The position numbers were made by a program, and so were the translations under genes. 35,174 bases of DNA, taken from Atractiella rhizophila (Eukaryota). Location of the stretch: contig MU271343.1 of NCBI GenBank assembly GCA_021432655.1, positions 1 through 35,174 of the forward strand, in the 5' to 3' direction. A model generated the notes under the pieces. It was not told where the DNA came from and did no database searches. It saw only the letters and a list, made by a program, of their open reading frames with translations. The first letter of the stretch is position 1; each line of letters starts with the position of its first letter. Positions 11,295 to 24,025 of this stretch are shown one piece after another.

Positions 11295-13491
11295 AGAGCT
11301 GAGCCAAATTGTGTAATGGACAATGCAGTCAAAGTTTGTTGATGAGAGTTGATGAAACAGCAAGGCAATGAATGGAATTGGTCAACGACAATGGTGGACC
11401 AACGCCAGTGGCGTATGTCATGTTGGTCATGACGATCGGCGCCTTTCTTTCTACTCATGTCTACTCGAGCGAGCGGCTATTGGACAGTGGGAGGCAATTC
11501 AGCACCGCTTCATCCCACTATCACGCACCAGATATCAAGAATGGCCTATACATATGTACAACGTCGCCTCGTCGCTTCCATCTGCTTTGCAAGCTGATTG
11601 AGGTAGCACCGGCGGAGGCAGAGAACCGTTTTAGGCACGCCTCAAGCCCAGAGCGAGGTGTCGAAGCGATAGGAGTTAGATTGTCATTGACAGGTTTGAA
11701 GCTTGAGATCGCAAGAGTATATCCTCGCGCTTAGTGCGAGTGTCACCAGTGATTCTTCCGTGGTTCTTGGGTCCATTTTCCAGTTATGAATGCTCCTTTT
11801 GCTTCCCTGAACACATTTTTCTGTGAGCTGCACTTGATTTAATTTCGCCACTGCGCGCCTATATATTGGGCAAGGCGACGGACTTCTATTACACTTGACG
11901 CTGATAATAGCACAAGTTCAAAGCAGACGGGCAGACGTTGACATGTTTGACAAATTTGACATCTATACAGTAGTTTCCTTGAAGCCGACATTCGATCGAA
12001 TGTACGTTCGTACCCTTCTCCCTTCTCCCAAAGATGTATATTATGGGTTTCAAGAGGTGGAAAACCCTAAGCTCGCCAAAAAAACATCAGAGCTTTCGAA
12101 ATCCAGAGATGGAGCTATCAACAGCGTAAGCATACAACATCTGTCGATAGTCCACAACGTAATCTAAATCGATACTTTTACAGTCCAGGTACTACGCTGC
12201 GAATAACCAAGGTCAGTTGACTTTTGCCGTTTCCTGGGGTCGCTAGAATTGATGGCAAGTTCCAATCAGGTGTATCAACAGGATCTGAGCAGGGTCGGAT
12301 TTGAGGGCCACATTGCCTTAGGATTTTCTCTTTCGCTAGATGGGGCCAACTCCGAACAGCGCAACATTACCAACCTCGTTGTCAGCGTCAAATTTCCTCT
12401 TAAGAATGTTCTCGATTCTCCCCGCATAGTGTCTATGTATCCATTCAAACCCCTTATCAATTGGTCAGCGCAAATCTCCCTGTTCCTGACTCGTTGTAAA
12501 GATTTGATTGAAGAAATATTTTAGGATTAAGAAGCCAGAACGAAAGCGAGAGGATGACACCATTGCTTATCCGAAGGATTTTAACGATGGCTTCGGGATA
12601 TATCGCACTAAATGGAATTCTGCAGGATTGGATACCAACGTGGCAAAGTGGTCGCTCAAAGGTGAGATCGCTTGCCACTTTTTCTAGAACGGAGCCGCAG
12701 GAGGAGTTGACATGTCGACAGGTGAACATTTGACAGATCCGTCTTGCTTTTCTTTAGTCGTCACCGTCCCCCCAGGCAATGGGGATTTTAGTATCGAGGT
12801 TAGAGCCAGGGTTTCCACTGAGAATAATCTGGTCTCCTTCTTGGGAAGAAGCGTCGGGGAGGCAACATTGGTCCTCCCACCAAATGACTGCTGGAACTCT
12901 GACTGGACTGACCCTGGTAGCCACACCAGCTGGCTTACTGCACAAGATGTTGAGCCTGATTGGGCTTGAATGGGTTTATGTGTACACGTTCTCAGGTCAA
13001 ATCTGCAATCAGCTTTTCGCCCTTGCCTGTCCTAAATTCTTACGTAGCTGGCCCAAGTCTAGTGAGCATTAATAATATTTCGCTGTGACCAGGTAAGTTG
13101 TCGACGATGTGCCATGCAATTTTTACGTTCGAGTCTGGTGCCATGGGTTGTCAACATTCATGGAAATTGACGACAGGATGTTCGGCTCTTCTCATAACCT
13201 TCAGGATGTAATTACATATTTGAACTTCCATGTGGGAGTCGTTTGAGAAGGAAAATTTGGGAATCACCATATTGGGCGTCGAATGTACGAATGGGAACAA
13301 GGGCCGGGAGAAACAAGTCTAGATCAATTATTTCAACAGTATCCACACAAAAGCAAAAGAGATAAAACTAATCGAACACGAAACAACAGGCAATCAAATC
13401 AGCACCCAAACCCAGAAAGGAGTCTACGAAGCATCACTTTGGTTCTGAAAGAGCGTTCTCATGTTCTGTTTTTTCACTCCCAAGGGAGAGT

Positions 13492-14536
13492 TCAATGCTG
13501 AATCTCATTCACCTCCTGCTTCCCCTTTTCGCCCGCCTCTTCAGCCTTCTCCTTCACCTCCTCTCCTTTCTTCTCTCCCTTCCTGACTAACTCTTTCAAC
13601 CCCTCGACCGCTTCTTGTAACACTGGCCCAGCTTGGGTCCTGGTATAATTGAGCACGTTTCCAGCCCTGGTGCTGAGGGGCACATCAGCCTTTCCGAGCT
13701 CAGTCTTGATATCGGTGTAGCCTGCGGACAGACGAGAAAGGAGGGGCGAGAGGGCAGTCTGGACGTGTGAAGGCTGTTTCAGTGGAGAGAGGGTGAGCGT
13801 GGTTAAGATTAAAGAAGGGGAGAGAGACATACCAATGCAGATCCTTGCTCCTTCGCATACTGAAGGACGCTCTCCACCTCACCAACTAATGCGTTCGAGA
13901 TCCCGAGAATCCTCTCTCCTGCTTGGTGAGCGGCGTTGGATGGGCCAGCGAGAAGAGCCTCAAGGCGTTCTTGAAGCGGTTTGATGGTCCTGCGCGCGTC
14001 AAATTCATGTCAGATCTGATTGCATAACGCATAACAAAAAATTGAAGACGGACTCTAATGTCGCGTTCAGGCGGGCCTGGGTATAATGAACAGCGTTATC
14101 AGCTGGCTGACGGGCGCGAGCAATGACCTCCTCCGTTGGGGTCTCGAAGGGATAAGGGTATTTCCTAATACATAGTTTGCACGTTGTCTCCCGATAAATT
14201 AATAAGAAAAGACGGACCTTTGAACGTAATCGAGTCCAGAGTTTAGATACTCATCCACGGCCTTGATCTGACCGTGTAACCTCTTTTGAACGGGAAGAGA
14301 CCTCTCATAAGCTGCCTGGGAGTAGATGCAAGTGGTATCATAGACTTTCTTGGAAAGCGGGTACGAGTTGAGGAGGGAGTGGGTTTGGATGATTGAGGAG
14401 TGTATGAGCGGTATGTCAGATACCTATTTATCGTAAGTCAGTCTTATCGCCACGCAAAAAGTTGAAAGGAACGCACACGCTGAATGATCGTGAACTGAGG
14501 CACGTCTCCTTGCGGTTGCTGAGTTTCTGTCGACAT
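13492..14536 (-). CDS. Perilipin-like (CAP20/Pet10-type) lipid-droplet protein, 4 exons
   Basis: MSTETQQPQGDVPQFTIIQR/VSDIPLIHSSIIQTHSLLNSYPLSKKVY..QIKAVDEYLNSGLDYVQR/KYPYPFETP.. resembles the fungal perilipin N-terminal domain. Canonical introns and a K/E-rich amphipathic C-terminus. The diagnostic exon is absent from the ORF track. Confidence 0.8.
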
Positions 14537-15788
14537 TCTTCTTTCGTTCGCTATTCGCAAGAAACTGTCTAAATCTTCGAGGCTGGCTATGAAATTTTCT
14601 GTAGCAAGAAGTCGCTGTGAGCCACTGCCGATTTGAAGGTGCAAAGGAGAGGAACAACTTTTATGAGGTACGCGCTGACATGTGAAATCAATCCGAAATG
14701 CGCGCTGCGGGTGGCGACTTATCAGCTGAATGCGAACTAACTTACACTTTTCAATCGAGTTCCTTCATTTCTTTCAACGACCACAGCTGCGTGTATGCAC
14801 CCTGCAACGTTCAGCCATTCATCAAGCTGTACATATGTCGTCATTTCCCAAATCTGACAGGATCCGGCAGGATCAAGAGAGATCGAAGGAAATTGTTGTA
14901 CGGTTGATTGTGATGACAGGGACGGATATTGTGCTTTGGCTAAATCTCGCTTGGACGCCCATTTTGAGCCAGGCTTTGGGCTGAAGGCAAGTGAATATCT
15001 TTGGGATGATCGGGATTGTTGAAAGGGACAATGTTGTAAAACCCAGGACTGGTTGCTTACCTGTAACGTGGGCGAACACCCATGCTGAATGTGGAGAGTG
15101 AAAGCCTTTGATTGAGATTGCTCAGATTGCTCATTCACAAATCCCTAAAGGAGGCGGAGTAAGCTGTTTTCAAGCTCGTTTATGGCGTCTGAATCTCTGA
15201 AGGAGCGACTTCCAACGGTAGCCCCTTTTCAGGAGATGAAGGCTTTGAAATTTTGCGTGAAGTGTGATGCGGGGAACCTCTTACTAGGTCGCAAATTAAA
15301 GAAATACTTTTTAAACCCAGAGCTAGACCCCTCCTCATCCGCGGTGACCAGGCTCAGCCGAAAGTGTGCAAAGGCGTCAGGTTGATAACCGACACCGAGA
15401 CCCATGTTACAATGGCAGAGTCTGTCACTAATTCTTCCATTAACAAATATTAATGGTGAGCCATCGAAAGTCTATTAAGCGAATGAATGGAATCAGTCAC
15501 ACTTCGACATTGAAGGTTCAAGGAGTTGTTTGTTGTGATGCATTGCGCATTTCCCACCCCAGTTTCCGTGCCTTCCTAAGTAGAGCACTGACAACACTGC
15601 GCCTGTGACTCGCTCTTCCAAGCTCAATTCTTCGGAGCATCACTGGAGTTTGCTGCCAAATCAGCGGTTTCTGCCTCCGAGATGGCCGTGTCCTTTCCTG
15701 TGGGGAGAGTCCGAGATGCCCATACCTGCTTATCGGCTGACGAAGCGGTTACTACACCAAGCCTACCATGCCTGATGTTCTGCAGCGA

Positions 15789-15795
15789 TATAAAA
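15789..15795 (+). promoter_or_regulatory. Putative TATA box
   Basis: TATAAAA ~60 nt upstream of the carboxylesterase ATG at 15854. Confidence 0.55.
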
Positions 15796-15853
15796 GCTCT
15801 GGCTTCTGGCTTCAATTCATTGCGGCACTGGAAAACTAGATAATATTCTATTC

Positions 15854-18164
15854 ATGCCCTCTGAACAATCTGATTCTACTGTTCACTTGCTGGAGCCTCC
15901 TCTCCGCATCTCAGGTGTATCGCAACCTGGTTTACAGAAATGGTTGGGCATCCCATATGCCACAGCGGAGAGGTGGAAGCGACCCATACGCCTCAGCTCT
16001 GAAGCATGGACAGGCGTCAGGAAGTGTGAGGCGTTTGGGTACGTCATTCCCTGCTACTCAACTCTTCCTTGTGCCTGGTGGTTGATGAAGCGATGGTGCA
16101 TAGACCCGCTCCACCTCAGATTCCGAGCGCCTATAACTGGTTCGGATTCGGTGGTGACCCCAAGGATTGGGTCGCGAATGCCAGCGAGCAGGACTGCTTG
16201 ACAGTCAACGTGTATAAACCTTCTGGAGTGGGGGACAACGAAAAGTTGCCCGTTATGGTTTGTGCTGAACGCGCTCTCTGATTGATTCTGATATGATGGG
16301 ATAGGTGTGGATTTATGGGGGTGTAAGTCCTCCAATCCCTGTTTTGCATGCACGAGCCTGAACCATAAGATGGATGGGTAGGGTTTCATGCGTGGAACGT
16401 CGAGCAACTTTCTTTATGACGCCTCGGAGCTTGTGAAGGCTTCTGCGAGATTAGGGAAGAGAGTGATTGTTGTAGGTCTTTTCCAGTTTCTTTCTCATCC
16501 AATGACGCTGAATCTGATTATAATGCTCCTTGTGATGTTAGGTAACTTTGAACTATCGCGTCAACATATTTGGTAATTCCCCACTTTTCCGTCGACAAGA
16601 ACTCATCGATGATTATGCGAAGGATTTGGTGGAAGCGAGGAGTTGGAACAAGTCGATGGATGGTCCGGAAATTATGGTACTTCTTGCCTTATCATTTGTT
16701 CTGGCTAAGTCGGCGTCAGGGATATATGATCAGCTCCAAGCCTTGCGCTGGGTGCCTTTTTCTGTCTCAAATATTCACTTCACGCACACTGCTCACACCG
16801 TCCAGGTCAAGTCGAACATCTCTGCCTTCGGCGGAGACCCGTCCAACGTCACCCTTTTTGGGCAGAGCGGTGGCTCCATTTCCATCGGTCTGCTGTTGCT
16901 GAGGAAACGAGAAGAAAGGAAAGACGAGAAGCTGTTCAAAAGAGCCATCATGCTCTCGGGGTTCTGTGTGATGCCCGTTCGTCTTTTCGCTACTGATGCC
17001 CAACTATTTGACGGCAGGGAAAGTCTGCTGCTCCACTATGGCAACCCAAATACGAGGCTTTTGGGATTCGAGCGGATGGGACGGCAGCAGAGAAGATCAC
17101 GAAGCTGCGCGAATTGTCCACGGAAGGTGGACATCTCTCCCTTCTGCTAAACTTGGAGAGCTGATGAGTTAGCTTTGTTAGAGCTCTTGAGCGGTATGGA
17201 CAAAGGTTTCCCCCGTGGTGCTGGAGTATGGAGAATCTTGGTCGAAAATGAGAAGGGGTTGTGGGACCGAACGGCCAAGGAAGTCCTGTCGTCTGGTGCG
17301 TTTCTCTTGCCCACCTCTGACAAACCTGGGTGACAACGTATGCCAGGCGATTGGGATCCTTTTGTAGAGGAAGTCATTATGACGGTTACCAAAGACGACG
17401 GAGCTATGATGTGTAGGGACTACAAGGCGCGCCTTGCCGTCTACACCGTTCAATCCTCTGACGGTGTCTACGTGTAGACGAAAGAAGGTCACGACAAGTT
17501 CTTGGATACTCTTCCTACCATCAGAAAGCAGTTAATTGACACATATGGCTATCCGAATGATGCTATAGCCTCGACAGTTGAAGCGAAGGATCTTCCGTCC
17601 GCAAGAGCATTCAATGATCTCTTCTTCGGTAATTATCTCCTCTGGGGGAAACGTGAAGACTTATTTTCGCTTCACAGGCTCTCTCACATACACAGCAGAC
17701 AAGCTGCTTTCAGTCCCAAATGCTTCTGGCGCTCCCACTCCCAAGATCTATGTTGGGAGCTTCGAGAGTGGGTTTGAGTTGGATGATCCAAAGTATCGCG
17801 AACTGGGGGTCTCTCATGCTCTCGAGCTTCCCTTCATTTTCGGACACTCGTTCATGTGGAAGGACGATCCGGATGTCACGGCGCTGAGCGAAGGTGTGCA
17901 GAAAAGGTTTTTGGCGTTTGCGTATGGTGAAGGTCCCGGTATGCTTCGCTCTGTTCGATTTGTGTTTTGCGCAGTGAGCTTATGCGAAGGAGCTTAGGGG
18001 AGAATTGGCCCGCCATTGATGCGAGGAATGGCGTCGAAAATGGAAAAAGGTTGTTGTTCCTCGAGAAAGGCAAGGTTGAACTGCAAGACATGAAAGAGTG
18101 GTATCCCGAACATAGGAAGATGTGGAAGGAAATGATTGAGGAACAGGATCTTACTTTTTTGTAA
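15854..18164 (+). CDS. Type-B carboxylesterase/lipase (alpha/beta hydrolase), multi-exon
   Basis: [83 protein letters not shown] (nucleophile elbow), FKRAIMLSG, SHALELPFIFG (catalytic His). No signal peptide apparent. Confidence 0.93.
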
Positions 18165-19892
18165 ACACTCTCAGGCTTTTGAGAGAAGTGATTGCTTTGA
18201 AACGCGGGTCTTCGATAACTTGATGAAAAGAAGAGTTGGTAGAAAGCCTTCAAGTTGCGACGAGTTCATTGTCTATCAAAGAGAGAGCCCCGGGTAGGAA
18301 AACAAGCAAGGAAAGGAAAGGAATAACTACTAGTAGAGAACAACCCGCATTTCCCCTCCGACTTTCAAGGTCAGGCAACCTGGCCAAAGGTGGAGGATGA
18401 ACCGAACTTTGTCCAAGCATCGGGGGGATGCTTGGACTTTCTCCATCGAACCCTCTCCAACCCAGTCCCAGCGCTACTGATACCGAGCTAAATGTCAGTT
18501 CTCGCCCGACTTTCACGCTCGTGGTGCTGCAGTAGCAACTTGTGAAAACCTGATAAACACTCTCCGACAACCCACATCAATAAACCTGCAGCCCGCTTGG
18601 GCTAATGGACGTCTGTAGGAGAAAAGGAGAATTCCAAGCAATATAAGCGACTTGAACTCGGCTCATTTCCCCATTTCATGATGCGCTGATTGCTGCTGAT
18701 AGAGACGAATAGATAGATAGCGGCGTACGTATTATCGGAATATGAATATGTATCAGTGGAAATCACGACAGACGAACTTCCGTCGATTGTCAATCTGTCA
18801 GAAGCAATTGTACCTTGACGGCTTCATGGCTTGGAACTGCTTGGAAGCTCCCAGCACGTCAACCAGCAACTGTCCGTCTCCTTCTTCCTCCACTTCACAC
18901 GCACGCGTGTGAAACACCATTGTCAGGATGAGATAGCTTGAGCGTGAGCTTGTACACATAGATACTATGAGTACTTCGCTTAGCTCACTTTGCGCTCGGT
19001 TTGCCAGCGATGTGCACGATGCTGATAAGGGGAGTGATCGCGCTGCTTCCAAAAATGTGGAATCGACGATAGCGGCGATACGGTCTCCCTTTGGTTTTCA
19101 GTTCTGGAAGCAGCTGAGGTGAAGGACTCAATACCGTGTTCCCAGCTTCTGCACTTCATTTCATTATGGAACTGATCCGATCGCTGATATCTGCAACGGA
19201 GCTGAGTAGCTGAGGGAAAGAAAGAAAGGGAGGGAGGATGATACATCGAGAACCGCGAGAGTTCGGCGCTTTTTGTTGCTTTGTTTGGGTTGAAAAGGAA
19301 ATACAGTTCGGATAATGGGAACCGCGTGTTCTCACACGACAGATAAGCTCACGCTGTCCGACTCCGGCCTCCGGACACTATCCGCAGAGAGAGCTGTAGT
19401 TGCGTCCTCTACGAGTGGGTAGAACTGGTTAGTATTTTTATTCAAAACTCGACGCATCAGTTGAGGAAATTGTGGGAGGAATAATGAGCCGAGTATAAGC
19501 ATAGGAGGGGGACGATAGAATGAAGCACGTGAAGGATGTGGCTCGACTATGGCCGGAAGGACGCATGGGAGTCCGTATCGGCGACTGAACAGCCGAGGAC
19601 GATGAATTGAGGAGCAAGACGATCTTATAAAACCGTCTGCTTCGGTGAATCGCTCTCCTCCCTCAAATCACAATCCCTCAGCCACCCCCTGCCTGCACCA
19701 CCTAACGCGTTAACGGTCCAAAAGCCATCCCGCCTCCCGATAGGGAAGGGTCCACCCGTCCATCCAGCTCCCGTTCGGTCTTCACGCTCAAAAGAACAGG
19801 AGTCAAGGTGGTGTTTATAGGAATATTCAAGCTTGAAAGCAGAGATATCGGATAGGACAGGACAGGAGGATTGGATAAGATAGGGAGCGAAG

Positions 19893-22800
19893 ATGTCGTC
19901 GCGACATTCGGACTATTATGACGAAAAGGACTTTGGCCACGGATACCATCCAGGTTACAACTTCAGCCTCCGCTCACACGAGCGATATTCTATACCCACA
20001 CCGCCATCGACAAGCGAAGGATATCATCTGAGACCTTTGGAAAAGGATGAGGAGGAGCAGGCTTTGCATACCGCCTTCGGAGGGAGAATCAGAGGTGTTG
20101 AAGGTCTGGTCGGCCCTGACGTGTTGGAACATGACTGTAAGTGTCCCCTTTTCTTGCTCTTTAGCTCGAGGATTCAGTCGAACTGACGATATTTTTGTGT
20201 AAAGTGGACGATGTACGATTCACGGCGGCGAATCTGGATCTGGAAGAAGCAAAAGCCATTATCCGACGCACACTCGCAGGTATGTTATCGCCTATCCTCC
20301 CACCTCTCCGTACTAACTATCCCACCAAATCATAGACAATGCGCTCGACCCCAACTTTCCCCAAGCGCTCCTAAGAAAAGCCGAAGCCGCACTACGAGAC
20401 TCGGACCTGAACCCGAACGCTGCCACCGCCGTCGTGGAAGAGATCAAGCTCGAGGCTGCGCTCATGGACGATTCCCCTTATGTAGAAGTTAGGAGCGTGG
20501 TTCCCAATACGGACGATCCTACAATACCTGCTAACACGTTCAGGGTCTGGTTCCTCGGCTTGCTATTCTCGACCATTGGAACTGGTACGTTCTCTCCTTC
20601 TCTTCTTCGCTGTGGTGTAGGATGAGGAGACTAACTGAGATGTGACGACAGGGATAAATGTCTTCTTCCATGCCCGGTCGCCCAGTATCACCCTGTCAGT
20701 GTTCTGTGCACAGGTGCTCTGTTACCCCTTCGCCAAGGCGATGGAGTGGGCTCTGCCGAGGAGACAGTTTAGAACGTTTGGGAGGAAATGGAGTTTGAAT
20801 CCGGGACCCTTCAACCAGAAGGAACACATGCTCATCAGTTCGTCCTCCCTCATCTTTTCCCGACGCTCCAATACTGACTTGAGGCGGAATAGCTATCATG
20901 GCCAATGTAACGTTTGGAGGTGCATACGTGACCGACATCATCGTTGTTCAAGTTCGCCTCCCTCTTTCATGCTGGCTCATTGGGACTGATGCTGATTCTC
21001 ACATAGCGACTTCCGATCTATTTCAACGATAACGACCTCGGAAGGAACGCTCTCTACCAAGTCCTACTCGTCGTCTCCACCCAACTCCTCGGCTTCTCAG
21101 TCGCCGGCTTAACCAGACGCTTCCTCGTGTATCCCCCCAGCATGATCTGGCCCAACAATCTGGCCCAAATTGCCTTGAATAGGAGCTTTCATTTCGATAA
21201 GAATCTGCCGGCTAACGTGAGTGCTTCGTTTCACATGTCTGATCACGAATGTTCTGAAAGAGGATGTGTCGCTGATATCCATACGGTGTGTAGGGATGGA
21301 GGATCTCCAGATTGAGATTCTTCCTCATCGTCTTCATCGGCTACGGTCTCTACTTTGTCTTCCCCAACAACCTCGTGCGTCGCCCTCTTCCTGTTCACCC
21401 CATTCCACTTCCATAGACCTAACGATCCCCACTCCTGACAGTTCCAAGCTCTTTCGACTTTCAACTGGATAGTTTGGATAGCCCCCAACAACGTCAATGT
21501 CGCTGCCATCACCGGCTCCGCCTTCTACAGCGGGATGGGACTCAACCCATGGCCTACCTTCGACTGGAACCAGATCTCGGCGCTCAACAACCCGCTCATC
21601 TCGCCCCTCTTCTCGACATGCAATCAGGTAGCGGGCATGCTCGGACTCGGGTTGGCGTTCATACCTGCTGTTTGGTGCGTCTCACTCCTTTTTTCCTGAC
21701 AGGTAGGTGGGATGGGGCTGATGTCGCGCGGTAGGTACTCGAACATCTGGCAGACAGGATATCTGCCATTGAACGATAATCACCTTTGGGACCGGAACGG
21801 ACATCGATACAACGTATCGAGGATCCTGACAAGCGAGCATACACTCGACAAGGAGGCTTACAACAATTACAGTCCAGGTTCGTCTTTCTTGGCATCTCAC
21901 CTAATTCTTGTCCTCTTTCTAATGGATGGCATAAAGCATATTGGGGAGCGGCTAACGCGCTCTTGTACGGATTCTTCTTCGCCTTCTACACCGCGGGTCT
22001 CGTACATGCCGCCCTGTACCATTATAAGCCCATTATCGATGGGTTCCGCGCGATGAAGGAGTGGAAGAACGCACAGACGGGTTATAATGACCTTCACAAC
22101 CGATTGATGAGAAATTATGCCGAGTGCGTCTACCTGCTCGTTCTCCCTTTTCTGATTTCTGAGTTGATGCCAATGGCAGGGTCCCGGAGTGGTGTATGTC
22201 TTTCTGTCTTATCCACGTTTCTCAAGGCTCAACTGGCCGGTTGAAGGGTTCGGTTGCATCATGGTCGTTTCCTTGACTTGCGGAATCGTCATGGTCGAGA
22301 GTAAGTAACTCCTGCAACCATCGAAGAGGTCGTGGTACTGAACAATGACAACAGTCTACGATACCCAGTTCCCAATTTGGGGATTTGTCATTTGCATTGC
22401 TCTCGCTTTCATCTTTGTCGTACCTGCTGGAATGATCACCGCTGTTGGAAACGTCCAAATCACACTCAATGTCATTGGTGCGTCGTATCGTTTATACGGT
22501 GTTTGAGCAAGATTGATTGACTTGGGGGACCATAGCTGAACTGATTGGTGGCTACGCTCTTCCCGGAAAACCACTCGCCAACATGCTCTTCAAATCCTAC
22601 GGTCTTCTCGTCACGTCCCAAGCCATCACTTACGCATCCGACCTCAAGCTGGGGCACTATCTCAAGTTGTCTCCAAGGCATGTGTCTCCCATAGTTCTAC
22701 GAATGGAACTGATAGAGTATCTTCTTGCGCAGACTGCAATTCTGGGCTCAAACGATTGCTACCGTTTGGGCCGCTTTTGTTTCTTTAGGTGTCATCAAGT

Positions 22801-23583
22801 CAGTCTATTTCCTTCCGCGAAGAAAGCCGATCATTTGACCTTGTAATAGCTGGCAAATTTTACACATCGATAACCTATGTACACCAAACCAAAGTGCTCA
22901 CTTCACTTGTCCAGGCTACAATACCTTCTTCTCCGCCGCTGTTGTTTGGTCAGCAGACCTCTCTTACGACATCGAGTACTAGCTGATGGTGAACGCAGGG
23001 GCGTGATTGGACCCGCAAAAATGTACTCTCAAGGAGGGGTACGCCTTGACCTGGTTTTGCGAAAACGGATCGATGCTGAGCCTGAGAGCAGATATACCAT
23101 GTATGCACATATGGATTCCTCATTGGCGCCGTCGCTCCGATCCCCTTCTGGTTCCTCGCACGACGATATCCACGAAGTTGGTTCAAATACGTTCATGTCC
23201 CCGCCTTCTTCAGTGCGTCTTCCCCTCTCTTCGTCGACAGCCACGTGCTGATTAGCCTTCACCGACAGATGGTGGACTCGGATGGGCGCCTTACAACTTG
23301 AGCCATCTGGCCTTCCCTGGCCTGTGGTTCGCCATATTCTTCCAGTATTTCGTCAGGAAGCGCTATCTCGCGTGGTGGTCCAAATGTTCGTTTCTTTTGT
23401 CTCAGGTGTATGCCAAAGTCTAACAACGGCACACTTCCAGATAACTACGTCCTCGCAACTGCCCTGACCGCGTCGGTCGCTATCTTTGGCGTGATATGGT
23501 TCTTCTCTCTCCAGTTTGTGGAAACCACCCTGTTGAGGAGTCCCCCCTCTTCTTCCGAAGCTTCCACGACGCGTCCGATGTAA
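19893..23583 (+). CDS. OPT-family oligopeptide/glutathione transporter, many exons, C-terminus atypical
   Basis: DDSPYVEVRSVVPNTDDPTIPANTFRVW, LNPGPFNQKEH, GLTRRFLVYPPSMIWP, VPEWWF, DLKLGHYLKLSPR, WWSKYNYVL. The last exon reads ..FFSLQFVETTLLRSPPSSSEASTTRPM* (TAA 23581-23583). Confidence 0.93.
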
Positions 23584-24025
23584 TTGACCACCACGGTTGC
23601 CTTTTCAACGTTCTAAACGGTGATTTATTCGAAGGAATAGCAAGAAACCAACGAAGATACTCACAGTCGCCGCTTCATTGGAGGTAGCAGGACCGGGAGC
23701 TTGCTGGGAAGCTGTGTGGCTTGCGTGAGCTCCCCCGATGAAGAGTCCCGCTTCTTCGTCCCTAGTTTCGGGAACCCAGTGTACAATGCTGTTATCCAGC
23801 ACGATTGTCTTTCTGACACTCTGGAAAGGTAATTTGTTTCACGTATTTGCTGAAATATAGAGGAGGTGGCTCACCGCTGTTGCCTCGCTCGCAGGCGTAG
23901 ATGGAGCGGGATTGGGACCAAGGGCTTGTTTGGTGCGTAACCTTCCTTTCCCAAGCTTGGAAAAGGATTTCGACTTCAAATTGGAAAACTTTCTGAGCTG
24001 TTGGGACACTCTTAAACACCCTTTC
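23445..24025 (-). CDS. Hypothetical spliced ORF convergent with and overlapping the OPT 3' end (start not identified)
   Basis: Two good introns (gtgagc..ccag 23874-23821; gtgagt..ttag 23664-23613) flank a 156-nt in-frame exon. The joined frame ..ASEATA/SVRKTIVLDNSIVHWVPE..NEAAT/NVEKATVVVNYIGRVVEAS.. stays open to the TAG at 23445. Confidence 0.45.

Noticed and set aside
13085..13143. gttcgagtc B-box-like motif ending in cca, suggesting a tRNA
   Set aside because: Could not form T-stem, D-arm or anticodon stems of a cloverleaf.
8116..23583. Secondary-metabolite cluster (glycosyltransferase, SnoaL-like, esterase, transporter)
   Set aside because: No PKS, NRPS, terpene synthase or cluster regulator is present; the genes are widely spaced and have housekeeping explanations.
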